From a virus (Duplodnaviria > Caudoviricetes): DNA of 32,602 nucleotides. The translations under genes were made by a program, and so were the position numbers. The stretch spans positions 1 to 32,602 of the IMG/VR virus record IMGVR_UViG_3300048850_000167. One strand, given 5' to 3'. The notes beneath the pieces are model-generated. The model was not told the origin of the DNA. It searched no databases and worked only from the letters and a program-made list of their open reading frames with translations. Shown in pieces: positions 1 to 6,482 of the stretch; the first letter of the stretch is position 1; every line of letters begins with the position of its first letter.

Positions 1-1338
1 CTATCCGGTCATTTTCAGGCCTCCGCTTGAAAGACCGGGTAGCGAGACTTCGGCGCAGGTTTTGCGCATGGCGCCCGGCGCGGCCGCCTCAATCTCCCCG
101 ATAATGTCCTCAAGAGCCGCGCGAACGGTGTCGAACCGACCGATCGCGTAAGTCTCTGTCGTGCTGCCGGCGCCGTGCCCCATGAAACCTTCCAGGTCCC
201 ACTTGGCGACGCCGCGGTTGCGTAGAATCGTCGCTAGGCTGTGCCGCAGAATGTACGGCTTCCACTCGCGCCCCGTGGGCAACCGGAGTTCCTCGAGCAT
301 CGTCCGCCAGGACGTGTCGACGTCCTGCACCGGCCGGCCGAAATAGTTCACGAGGTAGCCGGCACCCGCGCGATCGGCGCGGTTCAGCTTCTCGTATGCC
401 GCGAGCTCCGCCGCGAGCCACTCCGCTAGGACCGGCAAGACCGGTAGCGTCGGGCGGTACTTCTTCGTCTGCGCCCGGCCGAACGGATTGAGCTCAAGCG
501 TTGGTGAGCCGGGGAACCACTGCTCGCGCTCCGGCGCAACGCAGATGTCGACGACGGCATCCGGGCGCGCGAGCGTGCAGATCGACGCCACCAGGAAGGC
601 GTGCAGCGATGCGCGCTTCTTGCCCGGCTCGGCCGCGTAGCGGACCATTCTCGCCAGCACTGGCACCTCGACGCGGTGTCGCCGGGGCCGCGACACCTGT
701 TTGCGCGGCAGCGGCTTGTAGACCGGCCTGCGCTCCGACCGCGGCGGATCCGCGTCGGCCGCGTGGTTGAGCACGGCGGCCAGCTGCAGCACCGACTCTT
801 CGGTACTGGCGGCAGAGCGGGGGCGCGACGTCGTGACGTCGCCTTGCTTGTTCCGCCAGACGACTGGCTGGTCCTTTGACCAGGCGCGGAAGGCGGCGAT
901 GAACGGCGTCCCGCACGCGACCGCGCAGCTGGTCTCCAGGCCGAACATGCCGGCGCGATCTTCCTCGGCCTGGAGGAAGTCGAGGACATGCTTCAGCCGC
1001 GCGCGGATGGTGTCGGCCGAAGGCTGCAGGTCGCCCCACTCAAGCCGGTAGTCGGCGATCGCGTCGCTCAGGAGATAAGCGGCTGCGGAGGCGAGGGGCT
1101 GGCCGCAGGCATAGCAGAAGGCGGGCGCTTCGTCGCGATCGGCGAGATAGCGCCGGTCGCACGCTATGATCGCTTGCTCGACGTCATCAGTGCCCGTTGA
1201 TGCGCTTGCCTCGCGTCGCGCTTCGGGGTCGTACCAGAAGACATACCAACGAGGCGAACGTGCGGAGCCGTCCGCGCGCCGGAGCTTGTCGACCCAGTAT
1301 TTTCCGCGGCGATAGAGCGGCGGCGGGCGTCCCGGCAT
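1..1338 (-). CDS. int: Tyrosine recombinase / phage integrase
   Basis: Catalytic-type motifs LARPD (R), TKKYRP (K), YILRHS, MGH, TETY near the C-terminus; Arm-like N-terminus WYVFWYD. Confidence 0.92.
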   Translation of the reverse strand: MPGRPPPLYRRGKYWVDKLRRADGSARSPRWYVFWYDPEARREASASTGTDDVEQAIIACDRRYLADRDEAPAFCYACGQPLASAAAYLLSDAIADYRLEWGDLQPSADTIRARLKHVLDFLQAEEDRAGMFGLETSCAVACGTPFIAAFRAWSKDQPVVWRNKQGDVTTSRPRSAASTEESVLQLAAVLNHAADADPPRSERRPVYKPLPRKQVSRPRRHRVEVPVLARMVRYAAEPGKKRASLHAFLVASICTLARPDAVVDICVAPEREQWFPGSPTLELNPFGRAQTKKYRPTLPVLPVLAEWLAAELAAYEKLNRADRAGAGYLVNYFGRPVQDVDTSWRTMLEELRLPTGREWKPYILRHSLATILRNRGVAKWDLEGFMGHGAGSTTETYAIGRFDTVRAALEDIIGEIEAAAPGAMRKTCAEVSLPGLSSGGLKMTG

Positions 1339-1502
1339 CGTGTCTGGTCCTCAATGTACTTGGTCTTGGCTTCGTGGGTCAGGCGGAAGAGCCCGAGACT
1401 GGCGAGCAGGTCGAGGTCGGCCGGCTCAAGGCGGATGCCCCTGCCAGTTTCGGCTGCTCGACTGAGGCGGTGGTCGAGCCGGGTGATGGAGGGCGCGGTC
1501 AT
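1164..1502 (-). CDS. Hypothetical protein overlapping the 5' end of int (excisionase position)
   Basis: ATG at 1502 preceded by AAGGA; alternative coupled GTG start at 1661; S/T/R-rich tail lies in the int overlap. Confidence 0.55.
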   Translation of the reverse strand: MTAPSITRLDHRLSRAAETGRGIRLEPADLDLLASLGLFRLTHEAKTKYIEDQTRCRDARRRSIAAENTGSTSSGARTAPHVRLVGMSSGTTPKRDARQAHQRALMTSSKRS

Positions 1503-1657
1503 CCGGTCTATCCTTCTGCTGGGGAGCGCCGCCGGCGCTTGCGGTTGGTCGAGGGTAGGAGGAGGCACAACTGCTGCCCTTCGTGCGGATGCCGATCGTC
1601 GAGCGATCGGCACTCCGCGCAGCGGCAGCGCTGGGGAGGGGAAGCGACCTTCATCGC

Positions 1658-1852
1658 TCACCACATTTCAGGAGGGCGGCGAGGGATCGGGTGCAGATCC
1701 TTGACCAGCGTCAGGACCGGGCGGCCGTGGTCGAACCGGACGGAAGCGAAGCCGCGCGGCATCACGTACACGACATCGCCGTGCCGATTGCGCGGGCCGA
1801 GACCGAGGAACAGCACTCGGTCTCCTGCCGCCAGTCCGGTTCGCACGGTCAT
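1658..1852 (-). CDS. Small hypothetical protein (64 aa, SH3/KOW-like beta pattern)
   Basis: ATG overlaps the GapR stop (ATGA); sequence LAAGDRVLF...GDVVYV...ASVRFD. Confidence 0.6.
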   Translation of the reverse strand: MTVRTGLAAGDRVLFLGLGPRNRHGDVVYVMPRGFASVRFDHGRPVLTLVKDLHPIPRRPPEMW

Positions 1853-2085
1853 ATGCCCAGGGCTTGCTTGTAGGTCTCGAGCAGCATGTTCGCTTCGTCG
1901 CGGTGATGCTTCTCCAGGCGGCGCAGGCGAATGATGGTGCGCATCGTCTTTATGTCGAAACCGGTAGACTTTGCCTCGACATAGACATCCTTGATGTCGT
2001 CGCTGATGCCCTTCTTCTCTTCTTCGAGCCGCTCGATGCGCTCGATCAGCAGGCGCAGCTGCTCGGCGGAAATGGTGTCGGACAT
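1849..2085 (-). CDS. gapR: GapR family (DUF2312) nucleoid-associated DNA-binding protein
   Basis: Signature [36 protein letters not shown]...IIRLR...[10 protein letters not shown]. Confidence 0.93.
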   Translation of the reverse strand: MSDTISAEQLRLLIERIERLEEEKKGISDDIKDVYVEAKSTGFDIKTMRTIIRLRRLEKHHRDEANMLLETYKQALGI

Positions 2086-2088
2086 GGG

Positions 2089-2202
2089 TTAGCTCCAGAT
2101 GAGAAGGGCGAGGCCGGCGGCGACGAGCAGACAAAGGGCGACGAAGATCCGCTGCGCGATCTCGGAGGCTTCAGCGTCGTGAGGATCAGGCATGGCCATC
2201 AT
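2089..2202 (-). CDS. 37-aa single-TM micro-protein (absent from the ORF track)
   Basis: MMAMPDPHDAEASEIAQRIFVALCLLVAAGLALLIWS; ATGA overlap with upstream stop, ends 3 nt before gapR. Confidence 0.65.
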   Translation of the reverse strand: MMAMPDPHDAEASEIAQRIFVALCLLVAAGLALLIWS

Positions 2203-2651
2203 CCGATTTCCGCATCGAAGGCGTCACGCGGGCTGAGGTACGGCTGCCCAGTCAGCGGGTTGCGCACCGTCGTTGCACCCGGGTCCGTCGAGATCTGCGG
2301 AGCACTGGCCAGCGCGGCACGATTTTCGCGCACGATGTCCTCAAGGGTAAGTCGCCATACGGTTTCGCCGAGCTCGCGGCCGTCCTGGATCCGGTTCTGA
2401 ACGTGGATGGTCTGTTCGGCGATGTGCTTGCGCAGCCACGTGACCTCCGCATCTTCGTGCTTTCGAGTAGGGTCGGCAAAGGGCGAGTAGGATGGATCCG
2501 CGCCACCAAGCACCATCTTGGCGACGTGGCGGACCTGCGCCGGCGATGCGCATGTGACCTCGGCGTCGGTCCAAGTGGCGATGCGCTCTACCATCTTGCG
2601 GAAGCGCGCGTCGCTGGCATCGTTTTGCGGCGTTGCGTGGGCCTCGTCCAT
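2199..2651 (-). CDS. Hypothetical early protein (150 aa)
   Basis: Start MDEAH at a TGATG overlap with the upstream gene; globular composition. Confidence 0.7.
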   Translation of the reverse strand: MDEAHATPQNDASDARFRKMVERIATWTDAEVTCASPAQVRHVAKMVLGGADPSYSPFADPTRKHEDAEVTWLRKHIAEQTIHVQNRIQDGRELGETVWRLTLEDIVRENRAALASAPQISTDPGATTVRNPLTGQPYLSPRDAFDAEIG

Positions 2652-3214
2652 CAGCGGAGATCTCCAGTTTCGGAGGGGGCGGCTGCCGCCTGGTCGCCGG
2701 CATCGCGGTCGCGATAGGTGTCCGGCCGGTACTCGACCGGCAGCACGTCGTAGGGGTGCGCGTTTTGGGCGAAGTCGCTGCCGGGAAAGGCGAAGCGCAC
2801 GTACTGGCGGTTGTTGCCCAGGAAGAAGGCCGGCTTCCCCAGCACCATGATCCGATCGCCCCACCGGGACGGCGTCCAGGGATCCCGCCGACAACTGGCG
2901 AAGCCGAGGAACTGCCGGAACGTGGTTCCCGAGAAGGCGTCCGAACGCCAAGCGTCGTAGATCGCTGCGCCTCGCGTGACAGCGACGACGGTAGCCTCCG
3001 TCGTAGTGGCCGATCCCCAGTCGACGGTCACGCGCCAGCGCTTCAGGAGAAAGGCGTCGCCGGGAGGGGCGCCCTTTTCCTTCTTGCTCCGACGCGAGTT
3101 GGTGGTAGCCTGCGCGCCTCTCCGGTCCTGTGAGGGGATTTGGACGATCCCGGCCCGCCGCCTGCCTGCGGCGGGTCGGTGATCAGAAGTGCCGAGGCGC
3201 ACGAGGCCGGTCAT
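2651..3214 (-). CDS. Hypothetical early protein (187 aa)
   Basis: ATG at 3214 with GGAGG 6 nt upstream and ATGA overlap; aromatic-rich globular C-terminal part. Confidence 0.7.
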   Translation of the reverse strand: MTGLVRLGTSDHRPAAGRRRAGIVQIPSQDRRGAQATTNSRRSKKEKGAPPGDAFLLKRWRVTVDWGSATTTEATVVAVTRGAAIYDAWRSDAFSGTTFRQFLGFASCRRDPWTPSRWGDRIMVLGKPAFFLGNNRQYVRFAFPGSDFAQNAHPYDVLPVEYRPDTYRDRDAGDQAAAAPSETGDLR

Positions 3215-3414
3215 GCGGCCCTCCAGAGCATCCAAACGAGTTCCACCCATGCAAAGGCGACGATCGCGAGCGGTACGCCCGTCTCGAGGGCGCGGCGCGT
3301 GCGACGCGTGGGGATCAGCCATGCGCCGGGAATGACCCCGCATGCACCGGCCGGCGATCTGCCTTTCGCCAGCTGGGCACCCGCCGTGGGCGCGGCGGCC
3401 GCGCGATTGGGCAC
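3211..3414 (-). CDS. Possible small membrane protein; start uncertain
   Basis: C-terminal hydrophobic helix VPLAIVAFAWVELVWMLW; its stop overlaps the next ATG. Confidence 0.35.
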   Translation of the reverse strand: MPNRAAAAPTAGAQLAKGRSPAGACGVIPGAWLIPTRRTRRALETGVPLAIVAFAWVELVWMLWRAA

Positions 3415-3484
3415 GCGCGGGCGGGGAAGGGGGTGTCGGCGGCCGGAGCGGCAGCGGCACGCTCCTGGACGGCGGGAAGGGCGC

Positions 3485-4162
3485 TCACAGGACACCGCCG
3501 AGGTCGGCCTCGTCGGCCGCGACAAAGCGGATCGTGCGCGTGTGGGGCAGGCCGGGGCGAGCATGCTCGAGGATCTCGATCGCGAGCTCGCGCATGTCAT
3601 CGGCGCCATCTGCTACCTCGAGAGCGTGCAGGCCGTGGAAGTCCCTGGCGGTAGCGCGCAGGCGATCGCCGACAAAGTCCACCAGGTCGCCCATCGCCTC
3701 CGGCGCTTCACCGCCGAGGGGAATCCTGGCGAGAAGCGACGTGCGGGTGCCGTCCTCTGCCACCGTTCCGGTGCAGCGAGTGCAGCGATCCTCGCCATCA
3801 CCGCGGGGCGCTTCCCAGGCGCAGGGACCGTGTGACAGCATGCAGGCGTCGTTCCAGCTGCAGCCGCACCCGCGACAGATCCGGCCGGCCGGGATCCCGT
3901 CGCGCAGGCAGCGGTAGACGAACGGATCGAACGCGAAGATCGGTCGGAATTGCTCGAGCCCGGCGTCGATCAGCGGGCGCTCGTCGCGCTCAGCCGCAGC
4001 AAGCAGCTTCTCGGCCAGGGGCGAAGGACCGAACGACAAGCGCCCGGTCACTTGTGCGATCGTGAGACCAGACGCCTGCCGACGGAGGCACAGGTACGCC
4101 CCAGCGGTGAGGGGGGCAGCGGCTGTGTCGTTTGCGGCGGGTGAGGGAGGATCGTTCGGCAT
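3485..4162 (-). CDS. XRE-like HTH protein with a Cys-rich zinc-binding domain
   Basis: GAYLCLRRQASGLTIAQV HTH-like start; CRGCGCSWNDAC...C...CTRC; GGAGAG RBS. Confidence 0.75.
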   Translation of the reverse strand: MPNDPPSPAANDTAAAPLTAGAYLCLRRQASGLTIAQVTGRLSFGPSPLAEKLLAAAERDERPLIDAGLEQFRPIFAFDPFVYRCLRDGIPAGRICRGCGCSWNDACMLSHGPCAWEAPRGDGEDRCTRCTGTVAEDGTRTSLLARIPLGGEAPEAMGDLVDFVGDRLRATARDFHGLHALEVADGADDMRELAIEILEHARPGLPHTRTIRFVAADEADLGGVL

Positions 4163-4191
4163 GGCTTCTCTCCGGACAAAGGGGGACTGTT

Positions 4192-4215
4192 CCCGCCGGT
4201 GAGGGGTTCGGCGGG
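4192..4215 (-). terminator. GC-rich hairpin between ogr and the next gene (possible terminator or processing site)
   Basis: CCCGCCG/CGGCGGG 7-bp stem; no clean adjacent U-tract. Confidence 0.3.
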
Positions 4216-4246
4216 TCGGTCGGTTGGAAAGGGAAAGGGTGAGCGG

Positions 4247-4609
4247 CTAGAGGATCTGCGCGTCGGCCGTGGTGTCGTCGTTGGCGGCCGGCGGCGGCAC
4301 CTCCGAGCCGCCCGAAAGGATCTCGCCGGGGGCGAGCGGGTGGGTGTCGTTGGCAGGTACGCGGACACGGACCGCCGTCTGCTTCAGGCCGGCGAGAACC
4401 TTCGGATCCGGCGAGAGCGACGGCGAAAGCTGGTGGGTGATGACGTGATCGACCGCGAAGCTGGCGCCGCAGTTCTCGGCGTCCAGGCAGGCGATCACCG
4501 CCTGGCGGAAATACTCACTTACCGCGCGGCTCGTACGCGAGCGCGTGGGACCTTGGCAGTGCGGGCAGGCGAAACCGATCTTCTGCTGGTGTGGGACTTG
4601 CGTGCTCAC
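4247..4609 (-). CDS. ogr: Ogr/Delta-family zinc-finger late transcription activator
   Basis: CPHC...RTSR.VS....Q....C....CGASF pattern of P2 Ogr / P4 Delta. Confidence 0.9.
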   Translation of the reverse strand: MSTQVPHQQKIGFACPHCQGPTRSRTSRAVSEYFRQAVIACLDAENCGASFAVDHVITHQLSPSLSPDPKVLAGLKQTAVRVRVPANDTHPLAPGEILSGGSEVPPPAANDDTTADAQIL

Positions 4610-5100
4610 TTGGATGCCCCCCCTTGGGGCTGCACCCTGGCGATCGACGCCCCCCCCGGGGCATCCAGCATCGGCAGGGTGTTACTGAGGGCGTTCACCG
4701 CCTGCACAGTCTCACGCTTCGCCAGCGCTAGATCGGCAGGGGTGGCGCCCGGTCGCGTGGCGGCGATGAGGTGGCCGAGCGCTTCGCCGGCCTCCTTCGC
4801 TGCGATCGAGGTGAGGCGCGCAAGCACCTCCGGGTCCTCGCCTGGGGTCGCTGCCTCGACCTCCAAGCGCATCTGATAGGCTTGCAGGATGGGCAAGCCT
4901 TCGCCGCCGGCGGCGCGATATGCGCAGTCCAGCTTGTAGGCGTCCTCAAGACTGATGCCGTAGGGCACGTCGCTGTCGCCATAGTCGCGCAGCGTGCGAC
5001 CCTTCTTACCGATGACGGTGGCGGCTTCTTCCCAGCCAAGCTCTCCGGCAATGCGCGCGATCGCTTGCTCAAAGCTCGCGGGGCGTGCCAGCTTCGTCAT
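4606..5100 (-). CDS. CII-like phage regulatory protein
   Basis: N-terminal HTH-like GWEEAATVIGKKGRTLRDYGD, helical C-terminus with KEAGEA; position after cro. Confidence 0.6.
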   Translation of the reverse strand: MTKLARPASFEQAIARIAGELGWEEAATVIGKKGRTLRDYGDSDVPYGISLEDAYKLDCAYRAAGGEGLPILQAYQMRLEVEAATPGEDPEVLARLTSIAAKEAGEALGHLIAATRPGATPADLALAKRETVQAVNALSNTLPMLDAPGGASIARVQPQGGASK

Positions 5101-5198
5101 CGTGCCGCCACCGCAAAAGCGCGCGCCGATCGCGGCGGACGCGGCGTGTGCGCCGCGGTACCTGCATGCACTGAAATGAGGGCGGCAGTTTCAACCAT
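5097..5198 (-). CDS. 33-aa micro-ORF linking the cro-like and CII-like genes (absent from the ORF track)
   Basis: MVETAALISVHAGTAAHTPRPPRSARAFAVAAR; 8-nt overlap with the cro stop, ATGA overlap with the CII start. Confidence 0.45.
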   Translation of the reverse strand: MVETAALISVHAGTAAHTPRPPRSARAFAVAAR

Positions 5199-5505
5199 CG
5201 GACAGCGTCAGCGCGGGCTGCGGCTCGTGCGCCGGGTTGATCTCGCCATCCTTGATGTCGAGTTTTACCGCGATGTTGTGGCTGATGCCGAAGTCGCAGT
5301 TCAGCCGGCCGCCGAGCACCTTGTAGACGGTGCGCCGGTTGTAGCCTTGACCGTCGGCCCACTCGGCGACGGTAACGCCCTGGGCCTTGAAGCGCGCCTT
5401 AGCCGCCTCAATGCGCTCTGACATGGTCCGATCATCGGGCGCGACGATGCCGCCCGCGGGAGCGGGGCCTTGCATCGAATCTCGCGCGACCGAATCGGCC
5501 ATCAT
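5191..5505 (-). CDS. Cro/Ner-like DNA-binding protein (BcepMu gp16 family)
   Basis: FKAQGVTVAEWA...YNRRTVYKVLGGR..C..G.SHNIAVKL.IK; divergent from the repressor; alternative start at 5424. Confidence 0.8.
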   Translation of the reverse strand: MMADSVARDSMQGPAPAGGIVAPDDRTMSERIEAAKARFKAQGVTVAEWADGQGYNRRTVYKVLGGRLNCDFGISHNIAVKLDIKDGEINPAHEPQPALTLSDG

Positions 5506-5537
5506 GTGCCATGCACCTTCTTGGATACTGTTGGTGC

Positions 5538-5566
5538 AAAATGCAATCGAATGGGGAACATGTCAA
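5538..5566 (-). promoter_or_regulatory. Sigma70-type early (lytic) promoter
   Basis: Minus strand TTGACA-N17-CATTTT, followed by AAGAAGGT upstream of the cro-like ATG. Confidence 0.6.
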
Positions 5567-5579
5567 CGAGATTCCTCGA

Positions 5580-5918
5580 ATGAGTGAATTCGCGGAACGT
5601 TTGCGTGCTGCGCGCCGGAACGCCGGACTTTCTCAGGAGGGGTTCGGTGCGCTCGGCGGCGTCTCGCGCAACGCTCAGTTCACCTATGAGTCGGGGACGC
5701 GATACCCCGACGTTGACTACCTGCTTCGCCTCGCAGCGTCGGGCACAGACATCACGTATCTGCTCACTGGCCAAAAGGCTGCGGCGCTGATGGGCTCGGA
5801 GGAGACACGGCTACTCGACGCCTTCGCCGGCTGCACGAGCGAAGATCGGGAGCGGCTTGTTGGGCTTGCCGATCGCCTCGCTCAGCTGGGCCCGCGCGGT
5901 TCAGCCGTTCGAAGCTGA
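5580..5918 (+). CDS. XRE-family HTH immunity repressor (C/CI-like), no S24 peptidase domain
   Basis: ERLRAARRNAGLSQEGFGALGGVSRNAQFTYESGTRYPDVDYL...YLLTG; no SD before the ATG at 5580. Confidence 0.88.
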   Translation: MSEFAERLRAARRNAGLSQEGFGALGGVSRNAQFTYESGTRYPDVDYLLRLAASGTDITYLLTGQKAAALMGSEETRLLDAFAGCTSEDRERLVGLADRLAQLGPRGSAVRS

Positions 5919-5938
5919 CGCAGAGGGGCAGGGACCCC

Positions 5939-5950
5939 GGGGGGGGGGGG
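5939..5950 (+). repeat. G12 homopolymer within a GAGGGGC/GCCCCTC hairpin (5923-5959)
   Basis: Read directly from the sequence, downstream of the repressor stop. Confidence 0.9.
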
Positions 5951-6050
5951 CCGCCCCTCCAGCCCGAAAGCGTCTTTGCGCCACAAGTATCCAAAAGCCT
6001 CTTTCCCATCCTCATTGCCAAGCTAAGAAGTAGTCTAACTTCGTATTGAA

Positions 6051-6059
6051 GGGGGGGGG
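6051..6059 (+). repeat. G9 homopolymer occupying the RBS of the TM2 gene
   Basis: GAA-G9-AT-ATG. Confidence 0.9.
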
Positions 6060-6061
6060 AT

Positions 6062-6379
6062 ATGACGGACATGCGTACCGAGGGTCGCGACGCGGCGATG
6101 GCCCAGATGCTCTACAGCGCCAACAGCAAGTCGGTTGGGGTCGCCTACCTGCTCTGGTTCTTCCTGGGCGGGTTTGGAGGCCACCGCTTCTACTCCGGGA
6201 AGACCGGCAGCGCGGTGGCGCAGCTGCTGCTCATGTTGCTGGGCATTATGACGGCAGTGGTTGGCGTCGGCGTTCTGCTCATGATTGCGGTCGGCTTGTG
6301 GGTGCTGGTCGACGCGTTCCTGATCCCCGGCTGGATCCGCAACCATAACACTCTGCTTGCCCACCAGATGGTGCGCTGA
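6062..6379 (+). CDS. TM2 (NINE) domain membrane protein
   Basis: KSVGVAYLLWFFLGGFGGHRFY.G...A...LLL...W.LVDAFLIP signature. Confidence 0.9.
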   Translation: MTDMRTEGRDAAMAQMLYSANSKSVGVAYLLWFFLGGFGGHRFYSGKTGSAVAQLLLMLLGIMTAVVGVGVLLMIAVGLWVLVDAFLIPGWIRNHNTLLAHQMVR

Positions 6380-6482
6380 TCGCGCTTGACTGTCCCGCTC
6401 CGGCAGATCGGCCGCCGCAATCGACCGCCCGAAGGTGACCTGGCGCTGCTCCCGTTCTCGCATCAAACTGAGGAAGTCATCA

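Noticed and set aside
4650-4657. C8 tract in the CII-like gene as a phase-variation site
   Set aside because: Short for high-GC DNA, encodes an ordinary Pro-Gly-Gly stretch near the C-terminus, frame intact
6386-6415. TTGACT as the -35 of a DUF262 promoter
   Set aside because: No plausible -10 element at 16-18 nt spacing
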